Shown one piece after another: positions 1-11,659 of a stretch of 64,000 nt of DNA. Position 1 is the stretch's first letter. Every line of letters starts with the position of its first letter. A model generated the notes under the pieces. The model made no database searches. It was not told the DNA's origin and worked only from the letters and a program-made list of their open reading frames with translations. Origin of the DNA: Azolla caroliniana (lineage: Eukaryota > Plantae > Polypodiophyta); assembly GCA_043228905.1 (NCBI GenBank), contig JBHGNT010000007.1:744001-808000 (forward strand), read 5' to 3'. The position numbers were made by a program, and so were the translations under genes.

Positions 1-43
1 ATCCTAATAAGTAACTTAATTAAGTCGGATTAAGCGTTGAAGT

Positions 44-1766
44 CTAATCCAGTTGCTGTAACACCCTTTGGTGAAGTGTCTCCTGTAGACACCCTGTGTT
101 AGGCCATTGTCCGGCCCGAAGAGTTAACATTAGCCTCCTTCTCGCTCTCACCAGCTCCCACCGTAAACGTACCTGATCGGTTACGAATCGATCAAACAAT
201 CCTAGTCTTGCCGACTTCCTTCGGTTCGTGCCCGGTTGACCGGCCCCCGCTTCACTCTTCTTCCGCTCCGCCTCCCGGTCGGGTCGGATTACCGACCGGC
301 TCATCTTTCGGTCGGGTCGGTTCCCGACTCGCTCCTCGATGCCGCTCCAGACCTCTCCTTCGGTCTTTTCGCACGTGCCCACTCCGGGCCTCTCATCCTC
401 ACGGCCGCCGCCCATCTCTCCGGTCTTATGTCCGCGCTCAGGCGCAACCGCCGAAGTCTCCGGCCCCGGTGTCGAGGGATCTCGCCTCCGTCCGCTACAA
501 ACCTCCTCTTCGTCATTTCGGTTGCCCGCCTTGCCGCCGCCACTGTCCGTCTCTCTAGGTCTCACACCGGCTCTCGGGCCAGTTGCCGGAGTCTCTAGGA
601 CCGGTGTGTGGAAGGTCGCGGCATCGCCGCTCGTCTCCTCTTCTTCCTCAATTTTGCAAGCCTCGAGTATGCTCGCGAAATCCTCGTAGAACATTTCGGG
701 CAACCGTGTCCCGAAACTTTCGCCTACTCTTGAAGTGGCGTCCATTGCTCCGTAGATATCGGCCTCATCCATGGCCGTCCTCTTTCCACAAGTCGAGAGG
801 GTTGCTCGTTCCGCAACTCTCCCACATCATCGCCGTGGTCACCCGCCTTGCCGCCGCCACCGTCCATTACCCTAGGTCTCACGCGGGTACTCGGGCCGGC
901 CGCCGGGGTCTCTTGAACCGGTGCGTGTAAGGTAGCAACGCCGCTGCTCGTCAATGCTATGCCCTTAGCCACCTCCATTCGGACATCGTCGTCTGTGGCT
1001 ACCCCACCTTCGTATATGCAAGCATCAATTATGCTTGCCACCTCCTCTTCCACGGTCTCCTTACCGTTGACTTGGTTGCCCGCCTTGCCGCCGCCACCGC
1101 CCGTCGCTCTAGGTCTCACGCCGGCAATCGGGCCGACCGTCCGTGCCTCTAGGGCCGGTGTGGGTAAGGACTCGGCACCGCCACTTGTTTCGTTCATAGC
1201 CACCTCCATTCGGTCATCGTCGTCCGTGGCTACCCCGTCTTCGTTTACGCTTGCCGCCACCTCTTCCTCGTCGTTCTCGCCGTCGTGGTAGCCCGCCTTG
1301 CCGCCGCCACTGCCCCTCGCTCTAGGTCTCATGCCGGAGCCTCTAGGAACGGTGCGGGTAAGGACCCGACACCTCCGCTCGTCGTTGCTGTAGCCGCCTC
1401 CCCACTCGATGTTTCGGGCCGCCATGCTCCGAATCCGTAGTTACAGGCCTCCATGGCCGTCCCTTCACCGCAAGGCAAGAGGGTCGCTTACTCCGCACCC
1501 TCTCCCATGTTGCCGTCGTACGCTCTTTCGGCCTCCGCATAGGCCCCGTCATCCACGCCTAGGGAGGCTTCTTTGTCCGCATCCTTCGATCCGCTCGGGC
1601 CCGACTCCGCAATAAGCCGTTCTTCGGCTTTGATTTGTGCCTCTACGATCTCGTACGCTTCCCACACCAAGACTTCGATGTCGAGCTCCTCCGAACCGAT
1701 TTGCGTTGAGCTCTCTTCCGGCGGTAGTGCGTAGTCGGTCGCCGCTCTCTCTTCTCCGCCGCTCAT
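44..1766 (-). pseudogene. Frameshifted low-complexity acidic/Gly-rich ORF with internal repeats, probably TE-associated
   Basis: Three consecutive minus-strand ORFs (1488-1871, 724-1425, 44-772) share recurring peptides (GVRPR..GGGGKAG, VATDDD.RMEVA). ATG at 1766, teloboxes (AAACCCTAA) near 1786 and 1821, and a TATA-like motif near 2120 upstream. No family recognised. Confidence 0.4.
520..1360. repeat. Four degenerate direct repeats (core CCCGCCTTGCCGCCGCCAC...CTAGGTCTCA)
   Basis: Core motif near 525, 842, 1079 and 1292, spaced about 210-320 bp apart. Confidence 0.75.
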
Positions 1767-1954
1767 GAACCAAACGACTACCCGAAACCCTAACCAACGA
1801 CGATGAAGATAAAGATAAAGAAACCCTAACCCTAGACCTAACACTCGACCTATGTGGTATACCTCGCACACTCAAAATAGGCAACCCCCACAATGGTGCC
1901 TTCCCTCTCCTTTTACAGCACAAGGAGGGAAGATCGTTTACAAAAGTGAGACTA

Positions 1955-1985
1955 AAATATCCCCTTTCATTCAAAGGGGATATTT
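1955..1985. other. Perfect 13-bp stem hairpin
   Basis: AAATATCCCCTTT-cattc-AAAGGGGATATTT. Confidence 0.8.
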
Positions 1986-2189
1986 GCCTTGATTTGGGGA
2001 GGGTGAGATTGATGGCCCCTTAACTCCCACCTCCACACAAACAACTAGGTACCTATGTACCGCATAGTACCTCTCTCTCTCTCTCTCGCGTGGATGTGCA
2101 CACAAGACCACATCACCTTTATACCTTAGGGATCCTATGGGGCATTTCTAGCTCCATACACTTTACCCTTATTACTATTACAAATACAT

Positions 2190-3275
2190 TATGTACGTGT
2201 GCAACGTTGCACATCGCTCTTTAGCTCTCGTTGCTCGGGTTTCCGCTTGTGGACGAAAACTTCACGACAGCGGGTGTGTCGACGAGTACGCATACCAACA
2301 ACAAGATGTTGTACACGGAGGAAGATAGGCCCCGTGGTTGTAGCGGACAAGGCGGATCGGCACGCAATGGAGGTGGCTGATAAGAGTAGAACGTGCAGCA
2401 TAATCGAAATGCCGGAAGCAATTCCGAACCCTCCGGAAGCAGGGGGAGTTCTAGCGGCGCTAGAAGCCGGCAAGAGAAGGCCATGACGGAATGATGGTAC
2501 TGTGGCAAGAAAGACCGTAGGGAGAGCGAGTGCTGGAAGAAGAGAGCCGATTTCGACAAAGCCGGTTCGAGCGGAAGAGACGTAGGAAGGCGTCAAAAAT
2601 TGCACTACGCCGAATGCTCCGAATGAGCCGGAAATGGATTGAGCCCAGCATTCGTAATGAAGCACAAGGCCAATTCTATGTCCGTGAACACCTCGAAATC
2701 GAACGATGTTTGGTATGTTGATTCCAGAGTGTCAAATCATATGCTGAGTCATGAGGAATGGTTCTTGTATCTGGAGAAACCGGAAAAACAAGGAGTGGTC
2801 GAAACGGGAGACGACACTCCGCATACCATCGAACATGTCAGAGAAGTTCTTCTCAGCCACGTTGGGCAGAAAAGGAAACTTATGAACATGTTGCACGTCC
2901 CGACAATAACCAAGAACTTGGTGTCAGTCGGACAGATCGTCGACCAAGGGTTGCAAGTTCGATTCACGCACCTCGGGTGCTACATCGAAGAGGAAGGAAA
3001 AGTTATTGTGCAGGGGTGCCGTGAAGGGAGGATGTTTATCCTCGACACCAATCAAGCCGGAACCGCGTTGTTCTTGAAAGGACAGAAGGTCGAATTGGAT
3101 ATTGACCTATGGTACAAGCAGTTCAGCCACGTTACCTTCCCACGACTTTGTGAAATGTAGACGAAAAATATTGTTTTCGAATTGCCGAAATTTCAGGGTT
3201 GTAATGGCCAAGTTTGCGAAGCCTGCCAACTAGGGAAGCAACACCGACTTCCATTCCCCAATGAGCGTAATCGTA
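2190..3275 (+). mobile_element. Ty1/copia fragment (gag C-terminus, protease, pre-integrase), same family as 11660-17399
   Basis: WYVDSRVSNHM protease motif, NLVSVGQIVDQG and LWYKQFSHV; collinear with about 12690-13760; frameshifted. Confidence 0.9.
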
Positions 3276-3657
3276 GTTGATATTTTCCCTAGGCTGATTT
3301 TCCCTGTAATGACGCAGTCCCAAACGAAATGATATCGAACGTCGATATGCTTGGAGGCGTTGTGATGAACCGGATTTTTCGACAGAGCAACAACACCCTG
3401 ACTGTCACTGTACATAATTGGAGCCAAGCCGAGCTGATTTCGGGTTGTCGAAATGTGCAGGCCAGCCGATCGAGCCATAAAGCCTCTTTTGCCGCATCGG
3501 ATGCGGCTACGTATTCGGCCTCAATCGTTGATGTGGCGGTGCACTCCTAAAGTTTCAATTTCCATGAGATGGCTCCATTACCGAATTTGAAACAATATCC
3601 AGTTGTCGATTTACAGTTGTCTATGCAGCCCGCAAAGTCAGAGTCAGTATGTTTGAC
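3276..3657 (-). mobile_element. Ty1/copia RT C-terminus/RNase H fragment
   Basis: Minus-strand peptides TDSDFAG, STIEAEYVAASDAAKEALWL and KNPVHHNASKHIDVRYHFV. Confidence 0.9.
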
Positions 3658-6600
3658 AGTTGGGAATTCGGTCCCTCCGGATGGGATCCGGGTGAGATCC
3701 GGAAACCGGATTGGATGGATCCAGTGAGAACCAGAAGATAGGACCCGGTGAGTAAGCCCATTGAGGCTATATTTTTAAATAGTCCTAAGGTCATATGAGT
3801 ATAAATATGACATAGGGAAATCTTGTTATATAGAGAATTGTTGTCATATTGTTCTATGAGTATAACTGTTGTAGAGAGAGAGATATATATACAGAGCGAT
3901 ACTTAGTTGTAACTACCGCTTGGCGAAGAAACAGAGCTCCAGGTCGTTGCCTCTGAGTCTCTGATTGTACCGATCTCTTCATAGTGATAGTTTGGAGTCT
4001 GTCGGCTCCCGTGATTTTTCCCTATTAGGGTTTTCCACGTAAATATCCTGTGTTCACTCTTTATTTCCGATTTCTGTGTTTCATTCTCATTGAAGTAATC
4101 TAAGTCTTGGTTGTGGTTGAGCAATATTCCGCATTGTTCTCTTCAAACTTGTATCAGAGCGAAGAACAAAGGAAATGGAAGAATCGTTCAGCGGCATGTT
4201 CAAGCTCACGGGCTCCAACTACTAAATGTGGAAGTCTAAGATGAGGGATATGCTGGTGGTCAAAGATCTTTGGTTGTTGGTACAGTTCAGGGATGCAAAA
4301 TCGGACAAGATCGATACCATAACATGGGAGGTGATGCATATGAAGACGATGGCATACATCCGGTGCTTCATCGACATGAGCATGTACAACAACCTCAACG
4401 AAGAGAGTAAGGTTCATGAACTCTGGGAGAAGATCGGTATCATGTTCCAGAACAAGAATGTTGTTAATCAGGTTTCGGTATTTCGGAAGCTAGTGAGGCT
4501 CCGGTACTAAGATGGATCCAGTATGGCAGAGCACATGAATGCCTTCCAGGGGCTAATACACCAAGCCACCTTGTTGGAAGTACCTCTCGCCGATGAGGTA
4601 CTCGCTTGACTCCTACTTGGTTGCCTCCCAGATAGCTGGGAGACGTTAGTTGTCACGTTGGGCAACGCCGGGCCAGAAGGAAAACAGGTGGCCCTAACGA
4701 GAGTGAAATCAAGCTTGCTAGATGAAGAACCTCGCCCGAAAGACCGGGAGTCTGGAACTAATCCAAAGGCCTTGGTCACGGAAGATGACCACAACCGGGG
4801 AAGAGGCCAGTATCGAAGACCCCAGAACCGGGACAAATTGAGAGGAAGGCCCACGTGCTTCCATTGCGGGAAGCCGGGGCACTTTCAAAAGAATTGCCGA
4901 CATTTCCAAAAGGAAAAAGGAAATTTTGGAAAGCAAGAACACCTCGGCAATCACGACAAGAACACCTTGGAAAGCAGAATGAAGTGAACCTTGTTGGCGA
5001 TGAATCGACATGGGTGGTCGATTTAGGTGCGTCATTTCACCTAACCCCCGACCGGAAATGCTTCTCGTCCTACAAAGCCGGAGATCTCGAATCCGTAAAG
5101 ATGGGAAATGAAGGAGCATGCCGAATCGTCGGCATTGGAGACGTGTGTTTGGTGACCTCAACTGGTTGTAGACTCGTGCTGAGAGATGTTTGACATGTTT
5201 CGGAGGTTCCATTGAACCTGATATCAGTCGGTTAGCTGGATGATGAAGGCTACATGGGTTGTATCCGTAACGGAGTTATGAAGTTCAGCAAAGGGAGCCT
5301 AATAGTGGCTCGAGCCCGGACGACCAACACACTATACTTGATGAATGCCCGGATACACCAGGAAGAAGTGAAAGTAGCTTCCGACACTACCGGTGAGTTA
5401 TGGCACAAGAGACTGTCATATGAGCCAGAAGGGGATGAGAAGACTTGCTGAGGACAACCTCATTCCGGAGGTGAAAGAAGTGCATCTTTAGAAGTGCACC
5501 GATTGCTTGGCCGTCAAGCAATACCGAAACTCCTTCCGGTCAAGACCATTGATGAGACGGAATGCACCATTGGAGTTGGTGCATACCGATGTGTGTCAAG
5601 TGGACACGAAGTCACATGCCGGATCGTAGTACTTCATGATGTTCATAAACGACCACTGCCAGAAGATGTGGGTCTCACCGTTGAAGATAAAGGATTAGGT
5701 GTTATCCATTTTGAAGGAGCTCCACGCGAGAGTGGAAAGAGAAACCGGCCGGAATCTGAAGGCGGTTCGAGCGGAAAACGGAGGATAATATCGGGGGCAC
5801 ATCGAGGAGTATTGCCGTTCAAAGGGAATCCGGCTCGAATTCACCGTGCCGAAGACACTAAAATTGAACGGGCTTGCTGAAAGCATGAACCGAACCATAA
5901 TGGAGAGAGTCTGGAGCATGCTGGCACATGCAAGATTACCCAAGACGTTTTGGGCTGAGGCACTAATGGTAGTAACGTACGTGATAAGCAGATCACCCTC
6001 AGTACCCTTGGATGGAGACACACCGCAGAGAGTATGAACCAATAAGGACATGTCTTATCGGCATCTGAAGGTGTTCGAGTGTCTCTCTTACGTGCATGTT
6101 GTGAAGGACAAGAGAGCAAAGTTGGATCCGGTGTCTCGGCCATGTATATTCCTTGGGTACGGCAATGATGAGTTCGGTTACCGGGTGTGGGATCTGGTCG
6201 ACAATAAGGTGTTCTGGAGTCAGGACATAGTCTTCATGGAAGATAGGACCATTGTCGAATGGGAGTCGAAGAAGAAGATGATGAACTCCGGATCAATCAA
6301 TGAAAACCAGTTTGAGGACACAAGGACCTACGCAGTTGAAAATCGAAGTTGGCCGGAAGCCGAACCGACCGAAGAAGAAGAAGAAGAAGACACCGGAATC
6401 GGACAAGATCCCGAATCGGATTCGGATGAAGAACAAACGGAGGAACCGGTTGCCGAAAGCCAAGGACGGAGATACCCTCTAAGAGAAAGGAGAGCCCCTC
6501 GGAGATTTCCGGATGTAGAGCATGTGTTGCTAACCGATGAGGGGGAGCCGGAAAGCTTTGAAGAGGCAAAGGGAGACACCCACAGCCAAAAGTGGTTGAG

Positions 6601-7282
6601 TGCCATGCAGGATGAGATTGATTCCCTACATGAGAACCACACATATGAATTGTTGGAGTTGCCGAAAGGAAAGAGGGAACTCCGGAACAAGTGGGTGTAG
6701 GAGCTGAAATTGGGAGACACAAGGAATCCACCAAGGTATAAGGCCCGGATCATGGTGAAGGGATTCCAGCAAAAGAAAGGACTGGATTTCAACGAGATCA
6801 TTGCCCCGATAATCAAGATGACTTCCATCCGGATGGTGCTGAGAATAGTGGCAAGTATGGACCTCGAGGTAGAGCAACTAGATGTCAAGACGACGTTCCT
6901 CCATGGTGACCTCGAAGAGGAGATCTACATGCACCAACCGGAAGGATTCGTGAAGAAAGGGAACGAGCACCTGGTATGGCGGTTGAAGAAGAGCCTATAT
7001 GGATTGAAGCACTCCCCCCGGCAATGGTACCGGAAGTTCAACTCCTTCATGACGGATCAAGGGTACCACAAGACGCAAGCCGATCACTACGTCTTTGTGA
7101 AGAAATTTGAAGGAGGAGATTTCCTAATGCTCCTATACGTGGATGATATGTTGATAGTTGGACGAGACCAAGTCAAGATATGGATGCTGAAGAAGGCTCT
7201 AAACCGGACCTTCTCAATGAAAGATTTGGGTCTGGCAAGACAAATATTGGGAATGCACATCCTTCAGGACCGGTCGAAGAAG

Positions 7283-7358
7283 TCCCGGGAGGTCACCCAT
7301 CCCAGTACTGTTCTGGCCCAAGCACGCTTAACTGCGGAGTTCTGATGGGATCCGGTGT
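7283..7358 (-). pseudogene. Partial 5S rRNA copy (internal promoter region, both ends missing)
   Basis: Reverse complement reads ACACCGGATCCCATCAGAACTCCGCAGTTAAGCGTGCTTGGGCCAGAACAGTACTGGGATGGGTGACCTCCCGGGA. Confidence 0.9.
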
Positions 7359-7746
7359 CAACAATGCTCTGCGGTCCGAGGTACTAATGCTAGAGAGACC
7401 TATGCAAAAATGCTCTACGAGGACAACTAAAATCGAGGGACCCACGTCGCCGTCCCAACCGCACGCACGACAGGCGCCGGCGAAGGCTAAGGGTAAGGCC
7501 TTGGATCCTAGACAAGGGGTGTACATATATATATATCTACCCTGCCCCGGATTCGAACCTCACCACCCACGCCCACACAATAGCCTCTTACGACCCCCTC
7601 CTTGATCCGGATGACGCACTTAACCCAGACCGAACGACAATGCCCCTCGGCGCTTCACCCATCCTACGCTCTCATCCGCCTCTAGGAATGCCAGGAGCGC
7701 ACACGCACGGGAACGGCTCGAGCGCGAAAAGAACGCAACCCATGTG

Positions 7747-7780
7747 CAAGACTTCCCGGGAGGTCACCCATCCCAGTACT
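7747..7780 (-). pseudogene. Short 5S rRNA fragment (C-box region)
   Basis: CAAGACTTCCCGGGAGGTCACCCATCCCAGTACT is identical to the matching part of the full copy. Confidence 0.85.
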
Positions 7781-7812
7781 CTTCACAAAAAGAACACGGC
7801 TTGAAGCAAAAA

Positions 7813-7930
7813 GGGTGCAACACCAAGACTTCCCGGGAGGTCACCCATCCCAGTACTGTTCTGGCCCAAGCGCGCTTAACTGCGGAGGTTTGATGGGATC
7901 CGGTGTATTAGCGCTGGTATGACCACACCA
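7813..7930 (-). rRNA. Full-length orphan 5S rRNA gene (possibly a pseudogene)
   Basis: About 118 nt, TGGTGTGGTCATACCAGCGCTAATACACCGGATCCCATC...GGGAAGTCTTGGTGTTGCACCC. Followed by a T5 Pol III terminator (7808-7812), with a TATA-like ATATATAAG about 30 bp upstream. Confidence 0.93.
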
Positions 7931-7984
7931 AAACAATGCTAATATCTTTTGCTTTACCTTATATATGATGAGAGCCGTATTTGT

Positions 7985-8232
7985 TGTGCCTATGTGGGAT
8001 ATCTCACAATTTTCTCTTTTCCTTTCACAAAGTTTATACCCTCATATCTTGACATTTAGTTGTCCGTTTCTCGTGTAATAAAGTGCATTTTGTATGAAAC
8101 CTCCATCATTTTGTACTTAGATATTAAATTTATTTAAAATTTTATCTTTACAATTATTGGATTATGTGATTCATCCTCGATTTTGTACGTTTTATGGGAT
8201 TTTCACACTATTGCCGAAAATCTTCACGACAA
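7985..8232. repeat. Unclassified dispersed repeat, copy 1
   Basis: Reverse-complement similarity to 55213-55480 (GATATCTCACAATTTT, TAGTTGTCCGTTTC, TTGCCGAAAATCTT). Confidence 0.7.
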
Positions 8233-8585
8233 CGGAGGCATAGAGGCAACGGAGAAAAGACAAAGGATACAACTTTTCACCAATAGGCGGTTACAATATA
8301 TACAAGCTTGTTGTGTGTGTGTGTGTGTGTCTCTCTCTCTCTCTGTCTCTCTCTCTATACAGTGGTAACTTCTCAACAACTAAGTTACAACTACAATTCA
8401 CTCACAATAAGTTTTTCCCTAGTTATTTATACTCATATAACGTTAGGGCTATTTACAAGTATGGCCTCCACTAGCGCAAACGAACATATTTACTAATATG
8501 TCCCTACTTCTAGTTCACATTGGATCCGATTCGGATACCTTCCGGATCCATTCGATCCCATCCGGAGGAACCGGTTTTCCCAACA
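8233..8585 (-). mobile_element. Partial copia LTR related to the 3658 and 55788 LTRs
   Basis: Right end reverse complement TGTTGGGAAAACCGGTTCCTCCGGATGGGATC resembles the 3658 LTR start; contains a GT/CT microsatellite. Confidence 0.7.
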
Positions 8586-9321
8586 CCTTTATATGCCAAA
8601 TCTGGGAATATGATGGAGGGATTAGATATGGAGGAAGAGTCCTGTCAGATGGTACCAATTAGTGGATCACACTAGGGGCGAGAAGATGCAGAATCCAGGT
8701 TGTGGTTGTCACAGGAAAAGTACGTGATGAAGGTGCTTCAACGGTTGAGCATGTCGGATGCGAAACTGGTTGGATCGACACTTCCGGAAAACTGCAAGCT
8801 ATCCAGAAAGTAGAGCCCGAAGACAAAGGCAGAGAAGGCGGATATGATGAAGATACCATATTCCTCTGCCGTCAGGAGCTTGGTGTACGCAATGGTGTGT
8901 ACCCGGCCAAATATCAGATATGTAGTCGGAGTGGTGAGCCGATTCATGAGCAACCCCAGAAGAGAGCACTGGAATGTGGTCAAGTGGATACTTTGGTATT
9001 TGAAAGGCACCTCGAGTATGTGCCTCTGTCTCGGCTTCTGTAAACCCCAACTTGACGGATTTACAAATTCGGATATGTCGGCTGATGCGGATACCAGCGG
9101 GTCCACATCCGGATATGTCAGGAGGTATGCAAGGGGAGTTGTTTCGTGGTAGTGGAGGCTGCAGAAGACGGTTGCGTTGTCAACCACGGAGGCCGAGTAC
9201 ATGGCAATTGTGGAAGCTGTCAAGGAGATAATCTGAATAAAGGACTTCATCGAAGAGCTAGGAATCCAAGAGGAGGAATACCGGCTCTACTATGACAGTC
9301 AAAGTCCCATCCAGCTTGCAA

Positions 9322-11482
9322 AGAATGTGTTGTGTTGGACCGAGATCCTTCATGGCAAACTTCAACCGCAGTTGCCGAACGAGTTTGGCGAGTTCGCCTG
9401 CATGGCATGAAGAGATTAGCATGTCGTCCACGAAGATGATGAGGAAGATGGGTGATCCATCTCGAACTGTTGTCGTGAAGAGATAGTGGTCCTCATCGCT
9501 CTTTGAGAAGCTGATCGATTCGATGAAGTCGTCAAACTTCTTGTACCACTGTTTTAGGCCGTAAAGACTCTTCTTTAGTATGCAAACTAGACGTTCGTGG
9601 CCGGATAACACGAAGTCTTTTGGCTGCTCCATATAAATTTCCTCCTGAAGATCACCATGGAGGAAAGCCGTTTTTACATCTAGCTAAATCAACTCCAAGT
9701 TTTTGGTGGCCACTATGCTGAGCATAAAGGAAAGGGTTGTTAGTTTCACCATTGGTGAGAAGATTTTGTCGAAGTCGACGCCGTGTTCTTGGCGAAAACC
9801 CTTGGCTACTAATCTGGCCTTGAATTTTGGATTGGCTGAATCAGACGTCTCTTTAATTTGATAGACCCACATGCCCGGAAGAGCATGTCGATTTTCCAGG
9901 AGTTCGACCAAGTCCCAAGTGCTCTTCGCATGGCAATCGACTTTGATGTGTCTGGGTTTCTTGCAGTAGTTGCATACTCGGTTATCCCGTGACTTGCTCT
10001 GACTTCGCTGATTATTCGGCTGCCGTGAAGAATCTCTTCCAGAGCTGTTCGATCGGTCGGTCGAACCTTGTACTACGTAAGCGTTACTGGCTAAGTCGTT
10101 GGCAAATGATTTTCTCCGAGCCGCTTCAATCAGAATTGTGCTTGTGACTGAAGAGTACTTAACGGGAGTTGTCGATGCATTGCACGGTTGTGACGAAAGC
10201 TTCCCACGAAGGAGGAAGTCTACTCATAAGCAACATTGCCTTTAGTTCATCCTCGATAATAATCCCTTGAGCCGAAATTTGGTAGCTTAAGCTTTCGTAC
10301 TCATTCAGGTGTGCCTGGACCAAGTCAGACTCTTTCATATGAAGGTTATAAAGGCGCCGAATCAAGTATATCTTGGTGGCAGCGACCTTTTTTTCATAAG
10401 TGTCCGAAAGTGTCTTCCATAGTTGGTAGGCAGTCGAACACGATTGCACCGTGAAGTACACAGACTCCGATAGGTGCATCTGAATAGTGGCTCGGACGAT
10501 TCTGTCGAGCTTTTCCCATTCAAGCAACTTGTATCATTCTGGAGGGTTTTCATTCTCAATGGGGTCAATTTGCCCCTTGACTATTAAATAGTCCTGCATT
10601 TGCTCCTTCCAGAAGTTGAAGTTTGATCTGTCAAACTTCCTTAGACTGTTGAAGCCATCTGTGTTGGTATAATAGACTTTGTTCGGAGTTAACTATGAAC
10701 TGTGATGGAGTGCAGCAGCTTGGCTCACTTGATGTTGATCTTGTTTCGGTTTACTGCAACGATGAGAGGGACGAAGCCTACTGGTCCTCCCGAATGTCGT
10801 CTAGCCGAATGAAACACGGATTCATGTTGCCCCTGGAGTCGTGTTTGCTTCAGGTGACTACGGCGAGTAGGAGAATAACGTCATATGATCTATTCGATTT
10901 CTGCCTAATCGATTGAAGCAACGATTTGGTCTAGTGAAGATAGAAGTCCCACTCTAAGCGACTATGATCACAAACCAAGGGTGATCTAAAACAATGGAGT
11001 GCAGACTTCGTCATGTTTCTCTTTGTAAAAGCAGTCTTGTTGTGAGTTGCCTACTGAGATTAGCAAAGATCTTCTGGATACACAAAGAAGAGTTATCGAT
11101 GGAGACTAGATAGAAGGCGGCGGCAAGATTGAACAGAAACAAAGCTCTGATACCAAATGTTGGGAATGTCGTCTTCTAATGCGGAACTTAATCTAACACT
11201 CTTCTTTTGAAGATCTTAAGGTTATGTACCAACGAGAAAGATCAATGGTAGCATAGACCGAAACAGAGATGCAACAAGTATACAACAAGGGGTTAGGCCC
11301 AATGTAAAAGAGTGTATTACAACATAAAGCCAAGAGAGTGAAACTAACTAGGTTACAAAGTCAGTTTATATACTGACTGACTTAGGGCAACTGCCCTTCT
11401 CACTATTTTCATAAATAGCCTAAGTCTAGTGTTTACAAAAGGAGACGGTGTGAATACGTCCATTAGAAGCCCGTATTCAACA
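9322..11482 (-). mobile_element. Internally deleted Ty1/copia element (5' LTR, gag, RT; protease and integrase missing)
   Basis: LTR about 11158-11482 (TGTTG...TCAACA); Met PBS TGGTATCAGAGC at 11144-11155; gag ORF 10159-10527; zinc knuckle CNYCKKPRHIKVDC fused near 9930 to RT TWDLVEL. Confidence 0.88.
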
Positions 11483-11659
11483 GGTCCTTCATTGCGAACT
11501 TCAACCGCGGTTGCTGATCAAGTTTGACAACCTCTCTGGCATGCCGGCCAGAGAGTAGCATGTCATCCATGTATAAGGTGAGGAAGATGGGAGACCCATC
11601 TTGAGCCATTTTTGTAAAGAGGCAGTGGTCCTCATCGTTCTCTAAGAAGCCGACCAAAT

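Larger units (their letters stand above)
3658..9325 (+). mobile_element. Decayed Tnt1-like Ty1/copia element, 3'-truncated and interrupted at about 7283-8697
   Basis: 5' LTR about 3658-4145; mutated Met PBS TTGTATCAGAGC at 4149-4160; gag, zinc knuckle CFHCGKPGHFQKNC, protease WVVDLGASFH, integrase, RT (YVDDML). RT resumes at about 8698 (LWLSQEKY) and RNase H is cut at about 9325. Many stops. Confidence 0.92.

Noticed and set aside
7540-7620. Bona fide tRNA gene
   Set aside because: Only a B-box-like motif; no convincing A-box or cloverleaf by eye.
7283-7930. Complete Cassandra TRIM
   Set aside because: No paired full LTRs, Met PBS or TSD could be identified; kept only as a hypothesis.
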